DNA of 63,256 bases, the filler included. It is 6 parts of 6 records of this genome, joined end to end, with 100 filler letters (N's around TTAATTAATTAA, not from the genome) between each part and the next. Parts side by side here need not be neighbours in the genome. Positions count along the whole stretch, not along the records: positions 1 to 16,218 come from DRR723986_5530; positions 16,319 to 27,073 come from DRR723986_5531; 4 more parts are not named here. One strand, given 5' to 3'. This document shows positions 11,619-21,532 of the stretch, in pieces. The notes beneath the pieces were generated by a model, which saw nothing but the letters and a program-made list of their open reading frames with translations, was not told where the DNA came from and ran no database searches. Both the position numbers and the translations under genes were made by a program. Within the stretch, counting starts at the first letter, position 1; the number at the start of each line of letters is the position of its first letter.

Positions 11619-13181
11619 TCAGTGAGAGTGAGGTGCCGCCTCTCGTTGTGTGCAGATATCGATAATCTCGCGTTTCTGGATTTTACCTGTTGGCCCTTTG
11701 GGGAGGGTGTCCCAGATCTCGATTTCTTTTGGGATTTTGAAATTTGCGATCCGACCACGACAGAACTCGCGTAACTCTTCGCCGGTTAGATCTGATCCCT
11801 CTGTCAGCGTTACGGTGGCGTGAATCCGATCCCCCCACTTGGGATCAGGCAGGCCAAACACGCTGACCTCATCCACGGCGGAGTGCTCTGCCAGACAGTT
11901 TTCGATCTCGACAGGGAAAATGTTGTATCCGCCTGATTTAATGCGAAATTTGGCGCGATCCATCAAGTAAATGAACCCTTTGGAATCCCGTGTGGCGATG
12001 TCACCTGTGTACAACCAGCCATCGCGCACGGTTTCAGAATATTTGACGTCCTGATTCCAATACCCGGGAATGACATAGGGTGTTTTGATCAACAATTCGC
12101 CGGCCTCGCCATCCGGCAACGTGTTGCCCGCGTCGTCGACAATTTTGACATCAACAAAATACAGCGGGCGTCCGGCACTGGAAAGGCAATCATGCCCCCC
12201 GTTCAGGGCGACATTGTGATCGGTGGCTGTCATCATCATCGACATGCCCATCAATTCGGTCGTGCCGTACATTTGTAAAAATGAACAGCCAAACGCCTGT
12301 ACCGACTCGCGAATGGTTGCGGGGGGGATCGGGGCAGAACCATAACCCAGCTGACGCATGGATGAGACGTCGTACTTCTCGATGAGGCCCGAATTCAGCA
12401 AACTATTCAGCATCGTCGGTACCAAGACGCAGATCGAACATTTCTCAGTTTCAATTAAGCGCAGGGCGCGCTGGGCATCCCACTCGCCGACGATGGCGCA
12501 TTTAGATCCGTGAAAGATATTCCGCATCAAATGCATGATAGGAACCCCTGACGCTGGCATCGCGTGCAGGAAGACATCGTCCGGGGTGGTCCCTTCGGCC
12601 AACGCGATGGCTGCCATGGATTCCATCATCAACTGATGCGGATAAATGGCCCCTTTGGGCAGCCCGGTGGACCCGGTTGTGTAACAGATCATCAACCGCT
12701 CGTGCCGGGTTTGCTTGAACGGAGCGCCCGAGGCGCCCTCGGCAATCATGGTTTCGTAATCACGCTCGAGCGAATGACCGGCCCCAATGCCGATCAGGTG
12801 TGGCTGGCGGTCACTGTGCTGCAAAGCAGCGGTGGCGATTTCAGCCATTTCCGCTTGTACGAACAATTGGTCCACACCGCTGTCATCGATCAGCGCGCCC
12901 AGTTCTGGCGGGGCAAGGCGATAGTTCAGCCCAACCCGAACCGCGCCCACTTTGGCGCAGGCGCCGATGGTTTCAACGACTTCGATGCTGTCCTTAAGGA
13001 TGACGCCAATGCGGTCGCCTGGTTTGATGCCAGAATGGCGCAATTCATGTGCAAGCGCATCTGTCCGCTCATCCAGCGCACGCCAAGACAGGCGGCGGTC
13101 CTTATCCACATAAGCCTCGCGGTCCCCGTGGGTATGGGCATTGCGGTTGATCAATTCACCAAGCGTCAGCATGGATTTCAC
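11619..13181 (-). CDS. acyl-CoA synthetase / AMP-binding enzyme
   Basis: YTTGSTGLPKG, QMYGTTE, GWLYTGD, IKSGGYNI, LPKGPTGKIQK; alternative start ATG 13172. Confidence 0.92.
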   Translation of the reverse strand: MKSMLTLGELINRNAHTHGDREAYVDKDRRLSWRALDERTDALAHELRHSGIKPGDRIGVILKDSIEVVETIGACAKVGAVRVGLNYRLAPPELGALIDDSGVDQLFVQAEMAEIATAALQHSDRQPHLIGIGAGHSLERDYETMIAEGASGAPFKQTRHERLMICYTTGSTGLPKGAIYPHQLMMESMAAIALAEGTTPDDVFLHAMPASGVPIMHLMRNIFHGSKCAIVGEWDAQRALRLIETEKCSICVLVPTMLNSLLNSGLIEKYDVSSMRQLGYGSAPIPPATIRESVQAFGCSFLQMYGTTELMGMSMMMTATDHNVALNGGHDCLSSAGRPLYFVDVKIVDDAGNTLPDGEAGELLIKTPYVIPGYWNQDVKYSETVRDGWLYTGDIATRDSKGFIYLMDRAKFRIKSGGYNIFPVEIENCLAEHSAVDEVSVFGLPDPKWGDRIHATVTLTEGSDLTGEELREFCRGRIANFKIPKEIEIWDTLPKGPTGKIQKREIIDICTQREAAPHSH

Positions 13182-13202
13182 TCTCCTCCATCATAGAACG
13201 AA

Positions 13203-13224
13203 TATTAGTGAACGTTCGCTAATA
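13203..13224. promoter_or_regulatory. palindromic operator (copy 2) upstream of the acyl-CoA synthetase
   Basis: TATTAGTGAACGTTCGCTAATA, 22-bp inverted repeat with one mismatched pair; shares TTAGTGAACGTTC with the 10154 site. Confidence 0.75.
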
Positions 13225-13364
13225 AGTCATCCCTTGGATGCCCGTCTTTTGTCAATCCTCTTTTTAGGTCGATCATTTGGTCCGGTTTAGGTGGGGCTGG
13301 TTCTGACCCGCTGGACCGCTATGGTGGCCGGATACTGACTGATTATCCCAGCCCGAGGTCCAAA

Positions 13365-14246
13365 GTGATCGAAATTCGTGACTTGCAACTGCTGAGCGCT
13401 CTGGCGCGGCATCGCCATTTTGCCAAGGCAGCCGAAGAATGTGGCATCTCACAACCCGCGTTTTCGATGCGCATTCGCAATCTCGAAGATCGCCTGAGTG
13501 TGTCTATCGTACGCCGGGCCAACCGGTTTCAGGGGCTGACCGAAGAGGGCGAGATGATTGTCCGACGGGCTCGTCGCATTCTGGATGATACCAAAGCGTT
13601 AGAGCAAGAACTGTTGGCCACTCGCGGCGAAATCTCTGGCACTCTGATCCTTGGTGTCATCCCAACCGCGCTGGCCTTTACGGGGCGTTTGATAAAGCGA
13701 TTGCATGCAGCGCATCCCAAAATTGTAACGCGCATCGAAACTTTATCCGCCTCAAGCATCCAGCAGAAATTGGACGAGGGGACGATTGATGCCGGCGTGA
13801 CCTATGGCGATAGCATCGGCACCGATTTGCGCATGGTCCAGCCGCTCTACGAAGAGACCTATGTGCTGTTGGTCCCCGACCATATGACGACAGAGACCGG
13901 CCCAATCCCGTGGGCCCGGGTGGCAGACTTTCCGCTGTCTCTCTTGGAGCCTCAAATGCAGAATCGCCGCATTTTGGACCGGATTTTTGCCGATCAGGGG
14001 CTTCATCCGCAGGTGGTTGCTGAAACCAGCGGGTTTACCGCCTCCATGGTTATGGCGCGCGAGGGGCTTGCTGCTGCGGTGGTGCCGCGTGTTTTAGTGC
14101 GTGCGCTTGGCCATTTAGAGGGGACAAAGACCCTGCCATTGGTGGATCCTGTTGTAAGCAAACCGATTTGTTTGGCGACTTTGAACAGAGACCCGGAATT
14201 GCCTACAATAGACGCCTTAAGGCGCGTGGTGACGGCTTTGCGGTGA
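13365..14246 (+). CDS. LysR-family regulator, probably of formate dehydrogenase
   Basis: HFAKAAEECGISQPAFSMRIRNLE HTH; directly upstream of the FDH genes. Confidence 0.9.
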   Translation: MIEIRDLQLLSALARHRHFAKAAEECGISQPAFSMRIRNLEDRLSVSIVRRANRFQGLTEEGEMIVRRARRILDDTKALEQELLATRGEISGTLILGVIPTALAFTGRLIKRLHAAHPKIVTRIETLSASSIQQKLDEGTIDAGVTYGDSIGTDLRMVQPLYEETYVLLVPDHMTTETGPIPWARVADFPLSLLEPQMQNRRILDRIFADQGLHPQVVAETSGFTASMVMAREGLAAAVVPRVLVRALGHLEGTKTLPLVDPVVSKPICLATLNRDPELPTIDALRRVVTALR

Positions 14247-14261
14247 TAAGTTGTCGTTATC
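14245..14261. promoter_or_regulatory. LysR-type T-N11-A box upstream of the FDH operon
   Basis: GATAA-N7-TTATC inverted repeat overlapping the lysR stop codon. Confidence 0.6.
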
Positions 14262-14334
14262 GTGCAATTGCAAATAGCAATTTGACGATATGCAGCGCTG
14301 ATGAGACATGGAGCGTCTCAATTCGGAGGGCACG

Positions 14335-16038
14335 ATGGCACCATTGGATACCAAACCTTCAGGCGCAGACAAAGGCGTTTGGAAGTCAGGCAAAGGCAAG
14401 GGACGGCGCACGCCAAAAGGGCGTCAGTTTACAGATGAGGCGATGGCCGAGATCCACCGTTTGTTGGGCGATCGTCCCCGACGGCGGGATCTTCTGATCG
14501 AATTCCTGCATCTCATTCAGGATGAGCACGGTCATCTGAGCGCGGATCACATCGCTGCTCTGGCCGTTGAGATGCGTGTCGGTCAGGCTGAAATCTATGA
14601 GGTTGCCACCTTCTATGCCCATTTCGACGTGGTGAAAGAGGAAGAGACCCCTCCTCCCGCGTTGACCATCCGGGTTTGCGACTCTCTTTCGTGTGAAATG
14701 GCCGGAGCCCAACAGCTGAAAGCCGCGTTGGAAGATGGACTTGACGCCTCGCAGGTTCGTGTCCTGCGCGCCCCTTGCATGGGCCGCTGCGATACGGCAC
14801 CGGTTCTGGAAATTGGCCACAACCATATCGACAACGCGACCCCCGAAAAAGTGCAGGCCGCCATTGCGGCTGATGACACCCATGCGCATGTGCCCGCGTA
14901 TGAAGGGTTTGCCGCCTTTTGCGACAACGGCGGATACGCCAAATTGAAAGACCTGCGCGCCGATGGCGACTGGGAGCAGGTTCAGGACGATATCCTGTCC
15001 TCGGGTCTGCGTGGTCTGGGTGGCGCTGGTTTCCCATCAGGCAAGAAATGGGGCTTTGTTCGTATGAACGAGGGGCCGCGTTATCTGGCTGTGAACGGGG
15101 ACGAAGGCGAACCCGGCACGTTCAAAGACCGCTACTATCTTGAGCGTACACCGCATGTGTTCCTCGAAGGGATGTTGATCGCCGCTTGGGCGGTTGAGGC
15201 GGAAACTTGCTTTATCTATATGCGGGACGAATACCCTGCCGTGCTGGAGATTTTGCGGACCGAGATTGCCGCGCTTGAAACCGCAGGCATTGTTGAACCG
15301 GGATATATTGATCTGCGTCGGGGTGCCGGCGCATATATCTGCGGTGAAGAATCCGCGATGATCGAATCTATCGAAGGCAAAAAAGGTCTGCCACGTCACC
15401 GTCCGCCCTTTGTGGCGCAGGTGGGTGTCTTCAACCGGCCAACCCTCGTTCACAATGTGGAAACTCTGTACTGGGTCTCTAAGATTTGCCGCGAAGGTGG
15501 CGAGATCTTGAGCTCTGTTGAAAAGAATGGTCGTAAAGGTCTGCGCAGTTACTCTATTTCGGGGCGTGTTACGAACCCGGGTGTGTATCTGCTGGCTGCC
15601 GGTTCGACCATTCTTGACGTGATTGATGCGGCTGGGGGCATGGCTGAGGGTCATACCTTTAAGGCGTATCAACCGGGCGGGCCATCGTCGGGCCTTCTCC
15701 CCTCTAGCATCGATGATGTCCCGCTCGACTTTGACACTTTGCAGCCCTTGGGCACCTTTATCGGGTCCGCTGCGGTTGTTGTTCTGTCGGATCAGGACAC
15801 TGCCCGGGATGCGGCGCTGAACATGCTGCGGTTTTTTGAGGACGAAAGCTGCGGCCAGTGTACGCCGTGTCGAACTGGGTGCGAAAAGGCGGTCAAGCTG
15901 ATGCAGGCCGATAAATGGGATACTGATCTGCTTGAGGATCTGTGTCAGGTGATGGGCGATGCGTCCATTTGTGGTCTGGGGCAGGCGGCGCCAAACCCGA
16001 TCCGCCTGGTCATGAAACACTTTGCTGACGAAATCTGA
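14335..16038 (+). CDS. NAD-dependent formate dehydrogenase flavoprotein subunit (NuoE/NuoF-like fusion)
   Basis: N-terminal 2Fe-2S (VCDSLSC, APCMGRCD); GLRGLGGAGFP, NGDEGEPGTFKD, YICGEES, ESCGQCTPC...C; RBS GGAGG before ATG 14335. Confidence 0.9.
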   Translation: MAPLDTKPSGADKGVWKSGKGKGRRTPKGRQFTDEAMAEIHRLLGDRPRRRDLLIEFLHLIQDEHGHLSADHIAALAVEMRVGQAEIYEVATFYAHFDVVKEEETPPPALTIRVCDSLSCEMAGAQQLKAALEDGLDASQVRVLRAPCMGRCDTAPVLEIGHNHIDNATPEKVQAAIAADDTHAHVPAYEGFAAFCDNGGYAKLKDLRADGDWEQVQDDILSSGLRGLGGAGFPSGKKWGFVRMNEGPRYLAVNGDEGEPGTFKDRYYLERTPHVFLEGMLIAAWAVEAETCFIYMRDEYPAVLEILRTEIAALETAGIVEPGYIDLRRGAGAYICGEESAMIESIEGKKGLPRHRPPFVAQVGVFNRPTLVHNVETLYWVSKICREGGEILSSVEKNGRKGLRSYSISGRVTNPGVYLLAAGSTILDVIDAAGGMAEGHTFKAYQPGGPSSGLLPSSIDDVPLDFDTLQPLGTFIGSAAVVVLSDQDTARDAALNMLRFFEDESCGQCTPCRTGCEKAVKLMQADKWDTDLLEDLCQVMGDASICGLGQAAPNPIRLVMKHFADEI

Positions 16039-16049
16039 GGGAGACAGCC

Positions 16050-16218
16050 ATGCTTGATGCAAGCGAAACGAAAACAGTCACCTTCAGCCTGAATGGCGAA
16101 GATGTCACCGTGTCCGAAGGCACAACAATCTGGGAAGCGGCCAATGGCCGTGGCCTGATCATCCCGCACTTATGCCACAAGCCCCAGCCCGGCTATCGCC
16201 CCGATGGCAACTGCCGCG
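16050..16218 (+). CDS. fdhF: formate dehydrogenase alpha subunit, 3'-truncated by contig end
   Basis: IPHLCHKPQPGYRPDGNCR N-terminal 2Fe-2S region following the beta subunit. Confidence 0.8.
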
Positions 16219-16318
16219 NNNNNNNNNNNNNNNNNNNNNNNNNNNNNNNNNNNNNNNNNNNNTTAATTAATTAANNNNNNNNNNNNNNNNNNNNNNNNNN
16301 NNNNNNNNNNNNNNNNNN
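16219..16318. other. artificial contig spacer
   Basis: N44-TTAATTAATTAA-N44; stops in all six frames. Confidence 0.99.
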
Positions 16319-16319
16319 C

Positions 16320-17615
16320 TACGAACTTGGCTGGGGTGGCTGGTGGTTCTGGGATCCGGTCGAAAATGCCAGCTTCATGCCCTGGCTTGCGGGCACAGCT
16401 CTGCTGCACTCGGCAATCGTCATGGAAAAGCGCGAGGCGCTGAAGGTCTGGACGGTGCTGCTGGCGATCTTCACCTTTTCCCTGTCGCTTCTCGGCACTT
16501 TCCTGGTGCGTTCAGGCGTCCTGACTTCGGTTCATGCCTTTGCCACCGACCCGGCCCGCGGCGTCTTCATTCTCGGCCTTCTGTGCATCTTCATCGGCGG
16601 ATCGCTCAGCCTTTACGCCTGGCGTGCACCGATGTTGAAGCAGGGAGGGCTGTTCGCACCCATCAGCCGGGAAGGCGGTCTGGTGCTGAACAACCTGTTC
16701 CTGACCGCTGCCTGTGCAGCCGTCTTTGTCGGCACGCTCTACCCGCTGGTGCTTGATGCCGTCACTGGCGAGAAGATTTCAGTCGGTGCACCGTTTTTCA
16801 ACCTGACGTTCGGTCCCCTGATGGTGCCGCTGCTCCTCGCAGTGCCTTTCGGTCCGATCCTGTCCTGGAAACGGGCTGATCTTGGGGCGGCCTGCCAGCG
16901 TCTTTATGCGGCTTTCGGTCTCGCCCTGTTGCTGACGCTGATCACTTACTGGGCCTGGGGCATGGACAAGGTGCTGGCGCCGCTTGGTGTTGGGCTGGCG
17001 GTCTGGGTCATGGCGGGTGCAATTTCCGAAATCGTGACCCGTGTCAAATTCTTCGAAATAGGCTTCAAGCGCGGGTTTGCCCGTCTTGTTGGCCTGCCGG
17101 GATCTGCCTGGGGAACGGCCACTGCCCATTTCGGCATCGGCCTTACTGTCCTCGGTATTGTCACGGCTTCCGCGTTTCAGGAAGAACGTGTCCTCACAAT
17201 GCGTCCGGGCGATGTTGTCGAACTCGCCGGGTACCAGATGACCTTCGAAGGCGCCGCACCACGCCGCGGTCCGAACTACACTGAAGAAGTCGGTCACTTC
17301 TCCATCCGTCAGGGCGGAACCCTGGTGGCCGAGCTTGACCCCTCCAAGCGCATTTACACGGCGCGCCAGATGCCAACAACGGAAGCCGGTATCTATACGA
17401 CAGGGTTTTCGCAGGTCTATCTCTCGCTCGGTGAAGGGCGCGGCGATGGCGCTGTCGACGTGCGCGTCTATTTCAAGCCGCTGATCACCCTGATCTGGAT
17501 TGGCTGTGTGATCATGTCCCTCGGTGCGGTGTTTTCCATTGCTGACAGGCGGCTGCGCGTGGGGGCTCCGAAACCGGCCCGCAAACGTCAGCAAAGTGTG
17601 GCAGCGGCGGAGTGA
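16320..17615 (+). CDS. ccmF: cytochrome c maturation heme lyase CcmF, 5'-truncated
   Basis: [18 protein letters not shown] (WWD motif) in frame upstream of the listed ORF; SVHAFA. Confidence 0.95.
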   Translation, partial: YELGWGGWWFWDPVENASFMPWLAGTALLHSAIVMEKREALKVWTVLLAIFTFSLSLLGTFLVRSGVLTSVHAFATDPARGVFILGLLCIFIGGSLSLYAWRAPMLKQGGLFAPISREGGLVLNNLFLTAACAAVFVGTLYPLVLDAVTGEKISVGAPFFNLTFGPLMVPLLLAVPFGPILSWKRADLGAACQRLYAAFGLALLLTLITYWAWGMDKVLAPLGVGLAVWVMAGAISEIVTRVKFFEIGFKRGFARLVGLPGSAWGTATAHFGIGLTVLGIVTASAFQEERVLTMRPGDVVELAGYQMTFEGAAPRRGPNYTEEVGHFSIRQGGTLVAELDPSKRIYTARQMPTTEAGIYTTGFSQVYLSLGEGRGDGAVDVRVYFKPLITLIWIGCVIMSLGAVFSIADRRLRVGAPKPARKRQQSVAAAE

Positions 17616-17619
17616 CCGG

Positions 17620-18105
17620 ATGATACAGCGTCTATTCCTTGCCCTGCTGCTCTGTGTGAGCCTGCTTGCCGCACCGGCTCTTGCCGTTGCGCCCGACGAA
17701 GTTCTGGACGATCCGGTACTGGAAGGCCGTGCGCGCGCACTGTCAGCTGGACTGCGCTGCATGGTCTGTCAGAACCAGTCCATCGATGACAGCGACGCGC
17801 CGCTGGCCAAGGATCTGCGCGTCCTGGTACGCGAGCGACTGGTCGCCGGCGACAGTGACGAGCAGGTGATCGATTACCTTGTGTCCCGCTATGGCGAATT
17901 CGTACTGCTGAAGCCTCGCTTCGCCTGGCATACCATCGTTCTGTGGGCCGCGGGCCCCGTTGCCCTCATTGCGGGTCTGATTGCGATTGTTGCAGCCCTG
18001 CGCAAGCGTGCTCGCAATCGCGCTGCTGCCAACGATGTCTCCGCTCCCAAGCTGACCGCGGAAGAGGAGCGTAGGCTGCAGGCGCTGCTGGACAAGGCCG
18101 ACTGA
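17620..18105 (+). CDS. ccmH: cytochrome c maturation protein CcmH/CycL
   Basis: Signal peptide, [24 protein letters not shown]. Confidence 0.93.
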   Translation: MIQRLFLALLLCVSLLAAPALAVAPDEVLDDPVLEGRARALSAGLRCMVCQNQSIDDSDAPLAKDLRVLVRERLVAGDSDEQVIDYLVSRYGEFVLLKPRFAWHTIVLWAAGPVALIAGLIAIVAALRKRARNRAAANDVSAPKLTAEEERRLQALLDKAD

Positions 18106-18244
18106 CACTTCCTGCCGTTCGTTTTCGGTCTCACCAGCTGCATACCGTTCAAGATCTGCGGTCACTGTGTTCACACCAATGCGTGACTTGCATGACGGGC
18201 AGGTGTGCTTACCTGTGGCCGAGTGAACGCATGGAGGCAGAAGA

Positions 18245-19495
18245 ATGGGACAGCACCCGCTGAAACTGGAGTTTGACGGCGCGCACGACGCAAGTCTGGC
18301 GGCCCGGCTGGATCTGCCGTCTGGCAAGATCAGGGCTTTCGCCCTGTTCGCGCACTGCTTTACCTGCTCCAAGGATATCGCTGCCGCCCGCCACGTTGCC
18401 AGTGCGCTCTCACAAGAGGGGATTGCCGTGCTCCGGTTCGATTTCACCGGCCTCGGCGGCAGTGGCGGCGATTTCGCCTCAACCGGATTTTCCTCCAACG
18501 TCGAAGACCTGAAGCGGGCAGCAGATTATCTGCGCCGCAACTATCAGGCTCCACAGCTCCTGATCGGCCATTCGCTCGGCGGGGCCGCGGTTCTGTCCGT
18601 TGCTGCCGACATTCCCGAAGTGCGGGCCGTCGTGACGATCGGCGCCCCCTCCGACGCGGATCATGTGATCCGAAGCTTCAAGGGGGTGGAAGAGACGATC
18701 CGCGAGCAGGGCGAAGGAGAAGTTTCTCTCGAAGGGCGCAACTTTACCATTCGCAAGGAGTTCCTGGACGACCTGGAAGCCCAGTCGGTTCGTGACAAGG
18801 TCGCGGGTCTCGGCAAGGCGCTTCTCGTGATGCATGCCCCGCTCGACGAGGTTGTCGGTATCGACAACGCCACCAGCATTTTCGCTGCCGCAAAGCATCC
18901 CAAGAGCTTCGTGTCGCTCGATACGGCCGACCATCTTCTTTCAAAGAGCCAGGACGCGGCCTATGCGGCACGTGTGATTGCCGGTTGGGTCGGGCGTTAT
19001 CTCGATCCGGTAGCGGAACAGGCCGGCGACGAAGCAAAGGATGGTGTTGAGGTGGTGGAAACCGGCCAGGGCAAGTTTCAGGTCATGGTCACGAGTGGCG
19101 TACACCGGATGATTGCCGACGAACCCAAGGATGTCGGTGGGTTCGACAGCGGCCCGTCGCCCTATGGATATCTGTCCGCCGCACTCGGGGCCTGCACGGT
19201 CATGACGTTGCGCATGTATGCTGAACGCAAGGGGCTGGATATCGAACGGATCGGCACTCGTGTTCTGCACGGCAAGGTGCACGCGGCCGATTGTGAAGAG
19301 TGTTCGGAAAGCGTGAAGTCGCGGAACGGCAAGATCGACCGGTTCGAGCGCTTGATCACGCTGGAAGGCAACCTTGACGAAGCAACGCGAACCCGGCTTC
19401 TGGAGATCGCCGACAAATGTCCTGTCCATCGCACCCTGGAAGCGGGCGCTGCGGTGGTGACGCGGGATGTGTCGCCCGGCAAAGCAGAGGCGTGA
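18245..19495 (+). CDS. bifunctional alpha/beta hydrolase - OsmC family protein
   Basis: FAHCFTCSKD, GHSLGG, KSFVSLDTADHLL; C-terminal OsmC with GACT...KCPVHRTL. Confidence 0.9.
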   Translation: MGQHPLKLEFDGAHDASLAARLDLPSGKIRAFALFAHCFTCSKDIAAARHVASALSQEGIAVLRFDFTGLGGSGGDFASTGFSSNVEDLKRAADYLRRNYQAPQLLIGHSLGGAAVLSVAADIPEVRAVVTIGAPSDADHVIRSFKGVEETIREQGEGEVSLEGRNFTIRKEFLDDLEAQSVRDKVAGLGKALLVMHAPLDEVVGIDNATSIFAAAKHPKSFVSLDTADHLLSKSQDAAYAARVIAGWVGRYLDPVAEQAGDEAKDGVEVVETGQGKFQVMVTSGVHRMIADEPKDVGGFDSGPSPYGYLSAALGACTVMTLRMYAERKGLDIERIGTRVLHGKVHAADCEECSESVKSRNGKIDRFERLITLEGNLDEATRTRLLEIADKCPVHRTLEAGAAVVTRDVSPGKAEA

Positions 19496-19520
19496 TCTGA
19501 CGGGAAGCGGGGAGGCGGCC

Positions 19521-20600
19521 TTAGGCCGCCTGGCCTTCCAGGGTCTGCAGACGGATCTTCATGAAGGACAGCAGACGGCGCGCGTCGCGGTCTGACAGCG
19601 ACTGGTAGTCGTTGGCCCAGTTTTCCGCCGTCGACTGCGGCTGCTTGTTGTGCATCGCCCGGGCCTTGCACAGCGCATTGTAGTCCGCGTTTTCCACTCC
19701 CATGGCACGGCAAAGAACCGCCACACCGGTGGAATCGTAGCGCACCATGACATTGGTGACGTATTTCTGCTCCAGCCCGGCCATTTCCGCCAGCAGGAAG
19801 CAGATGTCGAACAGGTTGTTGGACAGCGACAGCTGCGTGATCGCCTTGCTGAGCGAACGTTGCCCGGCCCGAATTTCCTTCAAGGTCACCTTCGCATTGA
19901 TGCGGGTCGCCTTGCGTTCCAGCTTCGAGCTGGCAACAACCTTGCTGGCCTTGTGGAAGAGATCCTGGATCAGGGTTTCGTTTTCCTTGCGCAGCTGGCG
20001 GATCTTCGCCTGCTGAGCCTCAGGCATCTGGTTGATCAGTTTGTCGTAGTCCGACTCGGTAATGTCCGCGCGCTCCATCATGGCGTCGCGGATTTTCTCG
20101 TCTTTTTCCGCAAGCTTGATCAGCAGGCGAGAGCCCCATTCTGAAAACTCCGCGCCGGAGTTGGCGGCAACAGATTGCTTGACCGGGTTCTCGCCGCGTT
20201 CCAGCAGGACATCGGTGACATTGGCCTCAAGATGCTGGCGTTTCGAGATCGCCAGCAGGTGCCCCTGACCCATGGTCTTGGCCAGCCGCAGGATATCCTC
20301 GGTCTTGAGCGCATTGGAGGACGTCAGCATCGGCCTGGCGATGTCGATCTCTTCTCGGGCAAGCTCATAGGCGACCTTGTTGGACGTGTCGTCTATCGGC
20401 GCCAGCTGTTCGGATATCGCTTTCTTCTGTTCAGGCTCCATGGTGGGAAGCATGCTTTCCAGCACCGTGTTGAACAGGGCGATTTCTTCTGTCTGGTAGC
20501 TGTTCGCGCCACGCACAAAAAGCTCGGTAACGTGTTCCACCAGTTGGTGGCGTTTTTCCGGGGTGCTTTCCTGAGCGAGATTGAGAAGGTCGTTGAGCAT
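19521..20600 (-). CDS. DUF2336-family protein (paralog A)
   Basis: LLNLAQE..PEKR, IARPML, HLLAISKR, VTDVLLERG, VAANSGAEFS. Confidence 0.8.
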   Translation of the reverse strand: MLNDLLNLAQESTPEKRHQLVEHVTELFVRGANSYQTEEIALFNTVLESMLPTMEPEQKKAISEQLAPIDDTSNKVAYELAREEIDIARPMLTSSNALKTEDILRLAKTMGQGHLLAISKRQHLEANVTDVLLERGENPVKQSVAANSGAEFSEWGSRLLIKLAEKDEKIRDAMMERADITESDYDKLINQMPEAQQAKIRQLRKENETLIQDLFHKASKVVASSKLERKATRINAKVTLKEIRAGQRSLSKAITQLSLSNNLFDICFLLAEMAGLEQKYVTNVMVRYDSTGVAVLCRAMGVENADYNALCKARAMHNKQPQSTAENWANDYQSLSDRDARRLLSFMKIRLQTLEGQAA

Positions 20601-20830
20601 CTTTTAGCTGTCCGTTTTTCTTGCAACAGGACTACCGCAGAGACAGTTTACAACTGTCTAAAGCGCAGGATAAAAAAAGGATAAATCTATCGCGCCATCC
20701 GTATTAATTACAGGATAAGGCTGACATTTTGCGCGCTTATGCGTGCCTCAAACGTGTTTACTTTATTTGATAAAGTCTCTGGGAGACCCTGCACGGATTT
20801 GCACTAGGTAACTACTGGTTGAAGAAAGTG

Positions 20831-21493
20831 TCATTTTCCCGGTTCAACTTCCAAAGGCCCGGTGTCCAGAACGACCTTGTCCATTGGCACATCCCAGGGC
20901 ATTGGAAAGATGGAGTTGAGACTGCAGAACGCGAACCCGATCCCGATGGTCAGCGGTTTGGCCGGCAGCGATGCCAGCGTGCGGTCGTAGTAGCCGCCAC
21001 CATTGCCGAGGCGGTAAAAGTGGGCGTCGACGCCAACCAGCGGGGCGATCACGACCTCGGGCACCTGCGATGGGCCTTCTTCGGGAACGGGAATGTTCCA
21101 GAGGCCTCGCACCATCTTGCAGCCTGGCTGCCACGGGCGAAAGACCAGCGGGGTCTGCTTTTCGAGAACGACGGGTAGAAGAACTGTCCTGCCCGAGTTG
21201 CAAAGCTCCTGCATTAGGGGGCGAAGGTCCGGTTCTCCACGGATTGGCCAATAGAGCGAGATCCTCTGATAGTCGACTGCTGCAAGGACGGGGCGAAGTT
21301 GATCGATCAGCGCAGCGGTCTTTGCCGCCCGCTCCGTGCTGGTCAGTCCCTTCCGCTTTTCATAGAGGCGGCTGCGCTCAGATTTGCGGAACCGGCTGAC
21401 ATCGCGAAAGGTTTCCTGATCAACGACAAATCCGCCCACCAGCATGTCGGCGTAGCAGACAGGGTCTCCCGGCAGGTCGTCATCTTCGCTCAT
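20831..21493 (-). CDS. 5-formyltetrahydrofolate cyclo-ligase
   Basis: YWPIRGEPD, PLVGVD..YRLGNGGGYYDRTL, DVPMD. Confidence 0.9.
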   Translation of the reverse strand: MSEDDDLPGDPVCYADMLVGGFVVDQETFRDVSRFRKSERSRLYEKRKGLTSTERAAKTAALIDQLRPVLAAVDYQRISLYWPIRGEPDLRPLMQELCNSGRTVLLPVVLEKQTPLVFRPWQPGCKMVRGLWNIPVPEEGPSQVPEVVIAPLVGVDAHFYRLGNGGGYYDRTLASLPAKPLTIGIGFAFCSLNSIFPMPWDVPMDKVVLDTGPLEVEPGK

Positions 21494-21532
21494 TCAGGAA
21501 AATTCCCTTCGCGTCCCTGTACATTTACCGCG

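Noticed and set aside
14335-16038. nuoEF of respiratory complex I
   Set aside because: It is followed by an FDH alpha N-terminus and preceded by LysR, with no other nuo genes.
20704-20718. CtrA-like TTAA-N7-ATAA upstream of DUF2336 paralog A
   Set aside because: It is a single mismatched site in AT-rich DNA with no equivalent seen before paralog B.
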